Notes under the pieces: model-generated
What the model was told of the DNA's origin: nothing
Seen by the model: only the letters and a program-made list of their open reading frames with translations
Databases searched by the model: none
Made by a program: the position numbers and the translations under genes
Part shown: one piece after another, positions 1 through 12,400 of the stretch
Layout of the letters: every line of letters begins with the position of its first letter
Position numbering within the stretch: position 1 is the first letter of the stretch
Source: Lingula anatina
Taxonomy: Eukaryota > Animalia > Brachiopoda
Direction: 5' to 3'
NCBI GenBank assembly: GCA_051362555.1
Contig: CM120649.1
Location: forward strand, 9,362,001-9,426,000
DNA length: 64,000 bases

Positions 1-1
1 T

Positions 2-125
2 GGTCCAAATCTGCACACAGACTGCCCAGCATGGGGACGGACATGTTACAAGTGTAAAGGTAACAACCACTTCAAAAGTTGTTGTAGAGCTACCGTAAAA
101 GTCCATGAACTAAGTAATGACGATA
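2..125 (+). mobile_element. Gypsy-type gag fragment with CCHC zinc knuckle
   Basis: Frame 2 reads HTDCPAWGRTCYKCKGNNHFKSCCR: CX2CX4HX4C preceded by CPAxG, typical of Ty3/Gypsy gag. Confidence 0.7.
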
Positions 126-162
126 ACTGCACTGTTATCATCATTACTTAGTTCATGGACTT

Positions 163-304
163 CATCCCACTTCTGGCACCGTGTAATGTTACGAGCACAC
201 ACCAGACAACACGTTGTTAATAATTACTCAACTGCAGCACACAGCCGCGCTTTATTCTAATTGGATAATATTACGCAATGTGTATGACACACCACTATGT
301 GACA
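163..304 (-). mobile_element. Short LTR (182-304) plus tRNA primer-binding site of a Gypsy-like element
   Basis: The minus strand reads TGTCAC...AATAAA...ATTACA, immediately followed by CGGTGCCAGAAGTGGGAT, a near match to the TGGTGTCAGAAGTGGGAT tRNA-Leu PBS. Confidence 0.6.
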
Positions 305-351
305 ATGTGTGTGTATGTGTGTGCGTATGTGTGTGTGTATGTGCGTGTGTG
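305..351. repeat. Imperfect (TG)n microsatellite
   Basis: tgtgtgtgtatgtgtgtgcgtatgtgtgtgtgt... Confidence 0.9.
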
Positions 352-1350
352 GTAAGTCGTCCCTAGGGGTGAGCTGCTCTTGATAATATGGGGAAGTGCG
401 GGGATATGCGATGGCTACCCATCGACACCATCTAGTTTTTCATTTGTTTTAACATTGTATAGAGTTCAGCCCAGTTTATCTTTCCTTCGAGCGAGGATGC
501 TACTGTGTTAGTCAAATTTGGAGTTTCAATATTTTTCAGTCAAGTTTTTAGGACTATATGGATTTGTGATTTTGTTTCTTAAATAAATTTTCATTAAAGT
601 GTGCAGTTTCCTTGAGAATCTTCTTTTGTTCAGTAAGAATATTACTGTTATCTGTTACCAGTTCAGTTATTGACTTATTTGTGAAATTGCCATTTTCCAG
701 TGCCAAAAAGTATTTTGATGGTTATTTTCATCTGACAATTGAATCTTGACGTTTTCTTCATTTTTACTGTTTTACCTTCTAGCAAATGTGATATTGTTGT
801 TACTCAGAGCGTTAACGCATTGGAGGCTTACTTTCATACACAATGACTTTAATTTACATTGATACTTACTAGTATACTTGCATCACCCCCCCTCCCCCAG
901 CCTACACACACTCACTGCTAAAACTCATACTTTATAAATTTTCCTGGGGTAAACAGTATTTTTCTCAAAGTAAACAACTTCCTATCCTTCTTTCTGACAC
1001 TTTCCATATTTCTGTAAAATATTTTGGAAAATTTAATAGCTAACTCACACTTCAGCAAGTTGCTTTCAAATTCCACCATCATTCAAGCTGAAATTCTTAC
1101 AATGACTTCCCTGCTGCACACAACTCAGTTTCTAACTTTATATATGAATGAAAAATCTAAAGAATTTAATAGCTTCTTTCCAGTTTAGCAATCTATGTAC
1201 TCAACGTTATACCACAGTACTAAAAGGCATACTACGTCCTTCATGACATTTAATTTATAATTAATACAGATTTTCAACCATTTATGATTTAGAATGCTAT
1301 CTAGTCTTAGTCTTAGAGAGTATGTGCTATATAAACTTGAGGTAACTCAC

Positions 1351-1408
1351 CAAAAAATGCGAAGGTTATGACCACTAAACACAGAAAAAACTTCATTCTT
1401 CGAGGCAT
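1351..1408 (-). CDS. Putative first coding exon (signal peptide or anchor) of a divergently transcribed gene
   Basis: ATG, MPRRMKFFLCLVVITFAFF plus 1 nt, then the strong donor G|GTGAGT. Basic N-terminus, hydrophobic core and phase-1 intron are typical of signal-peptide exons. Confidence 0.5.
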
Positions 1409-1419
1409 ATGGATTTCGG

Positions 1420-1620
1420 GGAAACTGAGCATAATCTCTTTTACAAAACAATGGATAAGATCATGTCTTCCACCCAACCGACGTACGTACGTAGCGTAGA
1501 CGATGCTGACACTACTCCGTGTTGTCAAGTTCAAGGTTAGGAGCCTCGATGCCAAGTTAACCAATCAAAATCAGACTTAATCGTTCCTCAACGACTTTCA
1601 GCGCCGTTTTTGAGGTAAGT
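1420..1620. promoter_or_regulatory. Candidate bidirectional promoter and non-coding first exon of SMC4 (donor GAG|GTAAGT at 1614/1615)
   Basis: CpG-enriched patch in AT-rich DNA, AACCAATCA (CCAAT box) at 1559-1567, a consensus + strand donor, and a divergent ATG at 1408. Confidence 0.5.
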
Positions 1621-2419
1621 GTATTACATTATAGTCTACGCTCATTTTTTTAGAGACCGATGTACGGTTATTACGATCACAATAGTTTATACCAAGCGTA
1701 TATGTAGAACACATTGAAATATGTTATAAAGCTAGAAATATAAGATAAGAAATGTGAGCTAGGCAAATCGGAAATATACATGTGAATACAAATTTAATAT
1801 TATCAACAATGTTTTATTACCTGGCACTTTAGCCTAGTTCGACAGCATTTCCTCCAACATATAACCCTTTAATTTTCAGTAATTTTTCTAAATTAATTTT
1901 CATTGACCGAGCCATGCGTCTGTTATTCAAAGAAATGTTTGGCAATTCATTTAACTATGTTTATTACATGAGACTTTATGCCGTCCAAATATTATGAGAG
2001 CCGCAGTCATCTTAGCACGAAATGTCCCCTACGGCCCCCCAGGCCCAAGAGGTCATCATAGATGTGGGCCAGCTGGTAGCGCTAGTCCCAGTCAATGATA
2101 TGATTCTCTTTAACTGAGTGATCTGTGAGAGCATATTTCCACAAAAAATATTAAATTCATGTATATTTACCAGACTAATGAACTTTTTAAAGAAATGAAG
2201 TGTTGAGTGTTCAAATGAGAATTTGTTTCTGGAGGGTATTTCAACTGAAATATTAAATAATTTAAAAGATTTATCATTTTATTATTTGAAACGCAAGTTC
2301 TGTGTCTGTATGAAAAACTTTTTTGCAAGTTTTGTCAAACCCAAAAACATATGGCAGAACAAGGTAAAAAAAGAGCATTGTTTGCTATAAGTAGCATGTT
2401 AAAAAATCATAACTTTAAT

Positions 2420-3190
2420 GTGTTCACTAAATGTGCAGTATTTAATACGGATTTTTAAAAGAATGTTGGGTGCAAAAAGGAGAACCAGTGATAACTTATT
2501 TCATTGTACATAACGTAGTACATTATGAAACTGGGAGATACCCACTTCTTTTAAGTATAAAGCCACAATTTTTAAATATTGATTTAAATCCGCTCTCTGA
2601 AAAATTGTATTATAAATAAGCGTGCTATAAAGATCTACTCAACAAAAAATTTAGATTGGGTAATTTGAGTACGGAATGAACTGGTGACATTTGGCTTGTC
2701 GTTTATTTTTCACGAAAAGATGTCAGGTAATTTTATACTGGCCTTGAAAGAGTAAAGACTGAAAGATAATTTTAGACAAACATTGACCGGGGAAATATCC
2801 AAAAGGAGTAAAGGGCCATTGTACCAACATCTCATTGATAATTTTACAGTGCAATTCTATTTCAATAAGCTTATTATACAGAGATTTAAGGAATTAATTG
2901 CAAAATTTAGACTTTCATCACATAATCTAGCTGTAGAAACTGGAAGGTAAACAGACACAAATAAAAATTAAGAACCTGTAAACTATGTATTTTAGATGAC
3001 ATCGAGGATGAATTTCATTTTATTCTTGTAATAATTTAAAAATGTCTTTGCTACAGAACAATTAGGCAGAAATACGTTAAAAACTTATTAAACAAAGTAA
3101 AGTGTTTTCAAGCTAATAAAATTGTTATCTATCAACAATTAAGCAACTTATGAAAGTACTTACAATGTGCATCCGAGCTAAGTTTAACGT
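2420..3190 (+). pseudogene. Decayed 3' end of a non-LTR retrotransposon ORF2 (RTE-X/CR1/L2-like)
   Basis: The remnant reads FRLSSHNLAVETGR...CKLCILDDIEDEFHFILV (LINE C-terminal CCHC region), with stops and frameshifts. Confidence 0.7.
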
Positions 3191-3351
3191 CAGTCTGATG
3201 AGTTTTTATCATTACTACTAGTAGTTGTATTGTTGTTGTGTTTATGACTTTATGTTTTTATTGCATTTCATTCTGATGAGCCATAGGGTGCAAGGGTTTC
3301 ATAAATTGAATTAATTGAATTTTACAAATAACATGGACTTCATTACATGGA

Positions 3352-3560
3352 CTGACTGGATGGCTCAAATGGTAGTGTGCTTGCCTCTAGTGCAGTAGGT
3401 TGTGGGTTCAATCCCTGGACGGGTCATACCAAAGACCATCATAAAAATGGTACCTACTGTCTCCTTGCTTAGCACTCAGCATATAAAGGTTGAAGTAGGG
3501 AACAAAGCCAGTACTGTTGAATGACTGGTAACAGAGGGCCATGTGGAAGATAAGCTTATG
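3352..3560 (+). mobile_element. tRNA-derived SINE (Meta-domain-like core)
   Basis: A box TGGCTCAAATGG and B box GGTTCAATCC, then GGGTCATACCAAAGAC...AAAAATGGTACC...CTTGCTTAGCACTCAGCAT. Confidence 0.75.
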
Positions 3561-3587
3561 CTTAACATGTTTACCCTCTTTAAGTAA

Positions 3588-4667
3588 GGCCACACTTTTT
3601 TAATTTTATGGATGACATCCTGCGCGCGCACCGATTTTCGTCCGTTCTCAAAAAAAAAAAAAAAAATCCCCCCCCCCCAAAAAAGAAGTCGGTTGTCGCA
3701 AACGTCGTTATTGAATTTGCCGGAAAATGCAATCGGCAATCCTCGGCTAATTCCGCAAGCTCCATGCTGTCATTGTCGACTGCGGAGACATCCGAGTAGT
3801 TCCGAGTGCGGAAAATGAGCTTTCTGCGCATGTGTATTATCACCACGTGGAAATATGGCCGCTTTGCCGTCAAATTCATCTCTAGCATTAATTTCAAAAT
3901 ACACGACAATTAAAGTCATAAAGAGAATGGGGGCCGTCGTTTGGATTGGTTTGCCATTGATATTGGACATGGAGATATCACCTTTTTACAATTATACGAA
4001 AGGCTGGCCGCGGCCAGCGATCATCGCCCGGAAAATTTCAGTGACATTCTGTCCAAAGCAGCACATAGGCTTACCAGGGTTTTTTTTGTAGCGAAAAAAG
4101 GGTCGACAAGAGCGTCGTGGTATTTGGTGGACTGAAGGTCGGACAGGCCACCCAATAGTTGGCTGCTACGTGTGAGTCGAAGTAGACAAAATGGCATCGA
4201 CCGAAATTACCTTTTTTAGATTTGGTAGTAGGAAGCATAGGCCTATCTTTGCTTCATTTTTTAACAATTCTGTGAAGTGTTCACAATACTTAAATTTTCT
4301 GAGAGTACAAATAAAGACACGCTGTTTATGTGATATTTGTTTTATTGATTGCTATACCAACAGAATGCATGAAATAACCTTAAATAGATTTGGTAATATG
4401 CAGCATATATATATTCATGACTTTTTACCTTTCTACGAAGTAGGCCCTATTCACAATGCTTTAATATTTTGAGAGCATGGATAAAGACATGTTGTTAGTT
4501 TGATACGTGTTTCTGTGGTAAATTAGTGTTTCCAGCTGTGTACTGAAAACTTAACTTTTCTTAAGCATTTTTTTTTTTTTTTTTGGACTTTTTTTTTTTT
4601 TTCGCCCGCTCGCACCGATTTTGGGGTCCCCAGAGGATGTCATCCATAAAAATAAAAAAGTGTGGCC
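3588..4667. mobile_element. Non-autonomous DNA transposon (Zator- or Harbinger-like)
   Basis: About 34-bp TIR GGCCACACTTTTTTAATTTTATGGATGACATCCT and its near-perfect reverse complement; TAA TSD on both sides. Confidence 0.85.
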
Positions 4668-4890
4668 TAAAGTTTAAAAAAACAAAATATTCAATGACCA
4701 AAAGTACCCTCAAGTCAAGTGCAATAATTTATATTAGTTGGGATAACCATAATTAAATGCTAGTTAAAGAATTGAGTAGACTGGAAAATGGCTTCACGAG
4801 GATTTAGACCCCTCGGGTAAGAAATTTGAATGAGTATGCACTTTTATCAAGAGTCAGAAAAGTCATCTTACAGGTAGACAATGCAGCTTA

Positions 4891-5097
4891 GAGTGCATTC
4901 CCAGAGATTTAGACTGATCCATCCAGATAGACCTAACTCCCTGGGGGTTCAATCAGTTAGCCAAGCGAACGTGACAGTAAATTACCCCCTTGCAGCTTTA
5001 AGTAGGCGAGACAGACGCTTAAGCTGGCTAAGCTGACAGTAATCTAGTGAAACTCCCTATAGGGATAGATCGATCTAATATCTGTGGGAATGGGGTC
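4891..5097. mobile_element. PIF/Harbinger-like MITE
   Basis: Imperfect TIRs (..CATTCCCA / TGGGAATG..) and TTA TSD; related copies at 34717-34941 (inverted), 43980-44683 and about 54740-54980. Confidence 0.7.
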
Positions 5098-5529
5098 TTA
5101 GTTTGACAGCTAAACATGCATTTAACACCATAAATTTCACCTACTTTCTCTCGACACAGTTCACTAGAAAGCAAAGCAGTGCCTACTAATAGGCTTGAAC
5201 TCTGTACCCCTGTATTTTGAATGCACTGTCATAGGGACTCATGATCATCTTTATAATTAAAACATGAGTAATCAAATGCTTGTCAAAAATTTCCCAGCAG
5301 TACATAAGTTGCAAAGTAAAAGGACCCTGCGGAAGTTTTCTGGAAAATTAACAACTGTACCGACGGAAAAGGCTTATACCATGTTAAAAATATATCTCCA
5401 AAAAATTAAAATAATTGTTCCGGTACCATTATTTGGAACTTCAAAGTTTACAAATGAATAAAAACACTTCAGAATACCAAACTAGTCTACCATTATCTCT
5501 CCCCTCCCCCCCCCCCCCAAAAAAAAAAA

Positions 5530-5590
5530 ATAAATAAATAAATAAATAAATAAATAAATAGATAAATAGATAAAAAATAAAATAAAACAA
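5530..5590. repeat. (AAAT)n microsatellite
   Basis: Tandem taaataaata. Confidence 0.9.
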
Positions 5591-5812
5591 ATTGGTTAAG
5601 GATTTTTAGACAATTTTCATAAATTGTCCATATATCCCCCGATGGACCATATTGGAAAAAATGACATAAATAAAAAAAGTAGACATTGAACCATCCTCCT
5701 TGGTTTATTTACCTGTGAAATTGTTAGTTTAGTCATTTACGATCACATATTAATATTCCAATTGTATTTGCTGAGTTTTGATCAAACCATGCCTAATTTA
5801 CAACATGTGAAA

Positions 5813-6408
5813 GCTTGGTATTACTAGGAACTTTGTAAGTTGTACTAGTATTTACAGCGTATTGAATCTTGATATTACTAGGAACTTTGTAAGTTGTACT
5901 AGTATTTACAGCGTATTGAATCTTGATATTACTAGGAACTTTGTAAGTTGTACTAGTATTTACAGCGTATTGAATCTTAATAATTCTAGGAACTTTTTTA
6001 GTTGTACTAGTATTTACAGCATATTGAATCTTGATATTTCTAGGAACTTGTAAGTTGTACTAGTATTTACAGCATATTGAATCTTAATAATTCTAGGAAC
6101 TTTTTTAGTTGTACTAGTATTTACAGCATATTGAATCTTAATAATTCTAGGAACTTTTTTAGTTGTACTAGTATTTACAGCATATTGAATCTTAATAATT
6201 CTAGGAACTTTTTTAGTTGTACTAGTATTTACAGCATATTGAATCTTGATATTTCTAGGAACTTGTAAGTTGTGCTAGTATTTACAGCATATTGAATCTT
6301 GATATTTCTAGGAACTTGTAAGTTGTGCTAGTATTTACAGCATATTGAATCTTGATTTTTCTAGGTACTAGTATTTGCAACATATGGAATTTGCTAGTAT
6401 TTACAACT
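5813..6408. repeat. 54-bp minisatellite (about 10 copies) running into the first coding exon of SMC4
   Basis: Unit TTACTAGGAACTTTGTAAGTTGTACTAGTATTTACAGCGTATTGAATCTTGATA; the last copy supplies a TTTTTCTAG| acceptor at 6364. Confidence 0.95.
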
Positions 6409-6411
6409 GAG

Positions 6412-6499
6412 ATGGCAGCTGAGATGGAGTTTTCCCAAACGGTGGCAGGGGATCAGATGGAGGTTAACTCTCTTGTTGGAGCTTCCAGAGGTGTACCAG
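6412..6499 (+). CDS. SMC4: SMC4 coding exon 1 (MAAEMEFSQTVAGDQMEVNSLVGASRGVP)
   Basis: GAGATGG start context; CAG|GTAGAA phase-1 donor joins exon 2 in frame (G+AG = E). This N-terminus is poorly conserved, so the call is less certain. Confidence 0.7.
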
Positions 6500-9400
6500 G
6501 TAGAAATTTAACTCTCAAATAATTTACAGTAGCTTGTAAGGGACAGTAGCGATGAGATGCTTGAAATCCTAAACTATGCTCCTACTGTGGCTTTTTAAGT
6601 ACAGAGACAGCTGTGCCTGTACATATAGCCGCCGCCTGCCTTTGTCGTCACCGCTGTCTCCACTTTCAGTGTTTTTAAGATAATTGAAAAACTATTTGAC
6701 CTTTTTTGTCTTCAGACTTATAGCACTGATATACATTCATAGACTTAGAGAATGACTTAGAGGTTGACTTAAAGAATCAGACCATTTTTCAGATGTGTCT
6801 GTACATATAGCTGTCCCGTCACTATACACTTTCACAAATAACATGATAAGTGTAAAAACCATTTTACCCTTTGGCTTGAAAATTACAAAACTGATGAATA
6901 TTCATGATATGCAGGTCAAGTTCGAAGATGGGCATGATGGAGCCACTATTTAAGAAGTAATGCTGTTTTTTTTTTCAGCATATATACAACACTGATAGTT
7001 AACACAAGTGGAAAACCATTTAACCTCTTGGCTTGAAACTTACAGAACTGATGAATATTCATAAAAGGCAGGTCAAGCTTGAAAATCAGCTTGATTGGAC
7101 CATTTTTACAAAAGTTATACTGTTTTTTCACTTTTTTCACCATATATGCAACACTGACAACACATTTCAAGGAAAACCGATCAGCCTATTGTCTTGTAAC
7201 TCACAGGAGTGATCAGTCTTACTAATATATAGATCAATTTTGAAAATAAGTTTTAATGATGTTACGCCTTTTTTGTATATAAGTGGTTTTTCTTCAGATT
7301 TTTCTTATGCATTGTTAACTGTTACTGCAAAATGAATGCTGTTTTGTAGATATGATGATCAAAGTTTATTATAGTGAATGTAGAGCGCTTTTATAAACAA
7401 GATTAAATGAATGAATTGTGAATGCAGTATATAATTAAATAGAATGTAACAAATACGTAATGGATTAATGCTTACTTTCAGGGTTCTCCCCAGGCCTTTA
7501 TAGCGTATCGGCCTGGGGAGAACCCTGAAAGTAAGCATTAATCCAGGCCTTTATAGCGTATCGGCCTCGATACGCATCTCTTTTTGCCGATACGCATCTC
7601 TTTTTTGCCGATACGCTTCTTTTTTTGCCGACACGATTCTTTGAACTCCGATACCCTTTAAGAGTGTGTGTGTGACCAATGCCTTTAATGCCTTCATTCC
7701 TGACAGTCGCGACGTAAACGACTTGTGTGCGTACTTGGATCTCTTGTGTGCACGTTAAGTTGTTTATTTTTATTCTGCCTGGCGCAGTAATACAAGTATA
7801 ACATCTTATGTTGAGGGCTCGGGACCTGCGTACTGACAAGTTTCGAATATCAACATCCGCTTATTAGTTTCATCATCAATGTAATTCTGTGAGATTTGTT
7901 TGCTTTATCTATATTTTTGGAGAAATATAATAAATAGTCTATCCTTCATGTTATTTTGACTGAAGAATAGTAGCAGTCGTAATCATTTATAAATAAATGT
8001 ATCCATGCGGCAAGAGAAAATATCAGAAAAGATGCAACGCTATTTAATATGGTAGCGCCTGTCCGGGTCAGGTAAAAATTCAGCTTGGACAGGTGAAGTT
8101 GCAGGGTTGGCTGTCCGACAGATAGGTCATGATTTATGAGAAATTTGGAGCAAAAATCTTTCAAAAATCATTTCTACTTTTGGCACAAAACACGTGCAGT
8201 TGCAAAACGAAGTCTGAGCAAACTTACTGTCAAGTTATGAAAGTGAACACCCTCCAGAACTTCATCAGACATTATTTATTCACATAACAGGCTCACTATT
8301 CTAATCTATGTAATGTTGTTTTAAAATTGAAGAAAACCCTAATTTGAACACTGTTGCAGCAGGCAGACTGAAATTTTTTCAGAATAGCCACCATCTAAAC
8401 TGCAGTAATGTGAATATTGCTGGGCCATATGGATTTAAGCTGTATTGACAATTTCCATTAAATATGGATGGGTTTTGTTCGCATGGTATATTCATTATGA
8501 AATGGTATCACTATCTATATAGACTTATTGTAAAGCTAAATTTTTCAGAACTCGACATCTTGGTTTTGTGTTATTTATTAATTTTTTTTTGTCAAGAACA
8601 TTGTATTTTTTTCTCAAAATTTACAGATAGCCTATTTTGTGCATCACTTTCCGTCTTTTTGTCTGTACATTTGACAGCTTTGTTGTCTTGTTTGCCATCT
8701 ATTTTAATTTGGGTATCTGAAACACAAAAACGTTCTAGACTTTCAAAATACCATGTCATGCTAGTGATCTATTAGTGTTTGTGCTTGCAAACATTAAGTA
8801 TGACTTATTATGGTTGCCTGACAGAAAAAAAATCGTTTGTGCCTTCCACGTAATGGCAAAATTAGTGTGAACCCTGATTCAAGTTATACTGTACATAGTT
8901 ATTTTTACATGTCAATTTTCTTCTCTACATTTCTAGAGTACCAGCCTGTTGTAGTCCCTCCACCACCAGAGGGCATTGCCACCTTTGACAAGACAGGCCC
9001 AAGGTTGATGATCACTCACATTGTAAATGAAAATTTTAAGTCATATGCTGGTGTGCAAACACTGGGACCTTTCCATAAGGTGAGTATAAGTAATGCCAAA
9101 AACATTTGCAAATCTTAAATATCTTAAATCAGTGCTTGACAATCAAATTTTTCACTCATTTTGTGACTGATTGTTATCAGGCCTGGAGATTTGGTGGCTG
9201 TTTCAAATTTTAAATACAGGGGAACATTTTTACATCAGGAGAATTATTTGGAACTGAATGTGTGAATGTGAATGCTGGGGTAGCGCTAGGATTTTTTTTT
9301 TTGCTTTAGTCAAACGTCTGAAAAATTTTAGCCAAATCCAATTTTTTTAGCCAACTTAGAATATTTTTAGCCAAATAAATAATGACAATTTAAGGAATTT

Positions 9401-12400
9401 AAACCAATATTTATTCCATTTTAAATGCATTTTTTACAATGTCGATGCAAACAAGATTTAAAATCTAAGGAATCTTTCCTTGTTTTGTAATTGTTCAGCT
9501 TCTTGTAGTATACACATACATCATCCGAAAGCTGTGAAAAATAAATAATGCAAGTGTTCAAAATTGATGTTTCTAAATTGGTTTGGACCCCATCCTCTTC
9601 CATTTGTATTAGACGTGTGGATCCACATTAATGTCATTTCTGTTGCTGCTGAACTAATGATTCAACTAATTTGAATGGCTCGGCACTATGTCTGCAGACA
9701 GGTCAACTGAAACTGGGAAAAAAAATGACAGGTCAGGTATTAAACATTAACAAATATGTCAAATAAATAGGGGGCAATATTCATTAAAAAAAAGTCGGAT
9801 ACCCACAAATAATCGGAAAAACCTCATCCCTGCTTAAAATAAAAAATACCTACTTCTTAAAAGTGACATTATTTGGTGAAATTGGTGAGTGCTAGCACGA
9901 CCCCAGGAATGTCAAATAGCCGTATGTTATTCTAAATGACTGGTTAAATTGTTTAATTTGAAATGGAAAAAAAAAACAATTCAAGTGCAGGGAAGGGTGA
10001 AGCTGTGGTCTCAGCTGTTTCACGATCAGGGGTACAAAATAGGGGTCACATTGAGAGAAAAATGAACTCTGATGCATTTGTTTAATTTTGTAACAGATAA
10101 AAAGAATAACATCTTAACTATGATATCTACAATTTTTAGAGCACAAGATTAATTACTTTTTGTGCTACGCTCAAATTAACAGAACGCCCCTTCGACTATG
10201 ATCTGGGGGTACAGACACTACACATTCAAGTAACTGATGCTTTTGTTACTGAAATATCATTATTGTTTACCAGTTATTTTTGCCAAAAGTCTAAAAAATG
10301 TCGAACTAAAGATATAACAGCAGTACTTTAACCAAAAGGATACAAGTACATGTATTAATCAAAGAGTTTTTTAGAGAAACACCACAGCACGTTTTTCAGT
10401 GGATGCTGGAGCTTGGTTGTATGTTATTCAGTGTGACTTTCATTTACCAGACTTTAATTTTAACTTTTCTTTCTGTTGCTTGGCCTTTTTTATCTATTCA
10501 TTTTTTTTTTCTTTTAGTCTTGATTCCTGTTTTTGGAATCTTTTCTTCTTTTTCATCTCTCGTTAATTTGCACCTCTTGTTCTACTGTTTTCAGGATTGT
10601 TGGGTTTCTGCTTCTCCTTAACTCTGTCAGTATACCCTAATTTCTTCTCTTTACTTTAGTCTTTCTTGCTGGGCCAGCCTAGGATGATTCTTCTTTTTTT
10701 TTTTCTTCTATGCTATGTTACGTGCATTCAACATCTTCCTTACGTGCTTCAGCAAGATTGTTAGCATCTTTACGGATATTAGCTCTTTGACGTCTTTGTT
10801 TTTCAAAATTATTTTTTGCTGACAGTAAAATATTCATGATCCCTTTTTCTTTTCCTGTTTGGCTTTTTGTTTATTGTCATCCATATTTGATACTTCATTC
10901 ACTGAGAGTATAATAAATGTACTGTTAATTATTCATGTATTGAAATGTTCGTACCCCCTCAAAATATATCATATACATTAATCCATAAACAATTTATTAT
11001 TTTGCAATTAGCTATATTTGGCAATATATTCAAACCAATATTGTTCATTTTGAATGCAAAGAGTAGCATCTTGACTGATATTATTTCTTTGCAAAATCTC
11101 TTGCCTGACTCTAATTAATCAGTATCACTTTATCGAATATATATTTATATACAGTGTTTTTTCTAAACATCATAAGACAAGAATGCATTTTATATAGTCT
11201 AAAACAATATTTTGCATCATATTTTGAAGTTTTATCATCATTGATATGTAGCCAGTTATCCAATGGTTAATGTATAACTTGGGGGTATGGACACTACAGT
11301 GGGGGTACGGACACTACATTTGGCACCAAATTCTTGCATTTCTTTTCATAATAAGGGGTTATGTGCTATTTTCTTCCTGCAAAATAAATGTCAGTGTAGA
11401 CATTATAGAATAATAAAATCAGACAGAATCTGCTGTGATTCCTAAAATAGATAGGGAGGGTACGGACACTACAAAAAGTAGGAGACACCAAGGGGCTCAT
11501 GATTATAAATACCGTAGCATTAATAATAATGGTTACATATGCACAACTCCTTTCTTATGTTTAAGTCATAACATGGTAAATTCATCTTATTATCACGTAG
11601 GTGATTTCGAAGTAATATTTGGCCTTATCAAATATGTTTTTCATTGCATTAACAAAAATAAGTAAAATGTGTACAAAAGCCTGTTTCAGCAAAATGGTTA
11701 AAATAAATTTTTACTCAGAACATATCTTTGAAAGAACCTGCTAGAAGAGAAGACATATGTTGTGGGAATTATATACCAATATCATATTCACCATAAATCA
11801 TTGACAAAAAGAGCTAGTGCATCATATTTATGACTTAAGTTGCAAATGACCCATCGTAACAGCTAGAAATAGGTACTTTTTGGACACATAATTGGCCATA
11901 TTTTTGTAAATTGTAGTCCGATTATTATAATTCTTTTTTTATTTTGCTCCTATGAACAGTGTCTTTGATATCATTCTATCAGCAATCTCTAATCATAAAT
12001 TGTTAATTTATCAGACACTTGTAACAATAACCACATTTAATTGTTCACCCTGATTGTGAAACAGCCGCAGGGTTCTGCCAAGGTCTCAAAAAAGGGGGGA
12101 GAATTCTCCCCTCTGAGCTTAAAAGTTGGGGAGATTTTGAGAAATAGTGGGAGATAAGGAAAAATGATATTTTACGTAAAAACATACACTGCTAGTCTGT
12201 ACTGGTATTTTATTAAAGTTCACAAACTGAACTGATTCAACTTTGAAAGTAACTTTACATAGGCTGTATGTATATACAGTTGCAAATAATTTTTTTATAA
12301 AGCATCTGCCTCATTATCATAGCGGAGCCAAGAATAATCTCTTAACCAATCGTGTTGAAATTTCTGTGGCACTACTTTCGGTTTCTTTCTTTCAGGCCCT

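Noticed and set aside
3352-3425. tRNA gene
   Set aside because: No intact acceptor stem, and it runs straight into a SINE core, so it is a SINE head.
5813-6364. Regular array as a CRISPR locus, or as repeat-protein ORFs (5862-6053, 6077-6268)
   Set aside because: The units are contiguous with no unique spacers, there are no cas genes and the context is a eukaryotic intron. The ORFs arise because 54 is divisible by 3.
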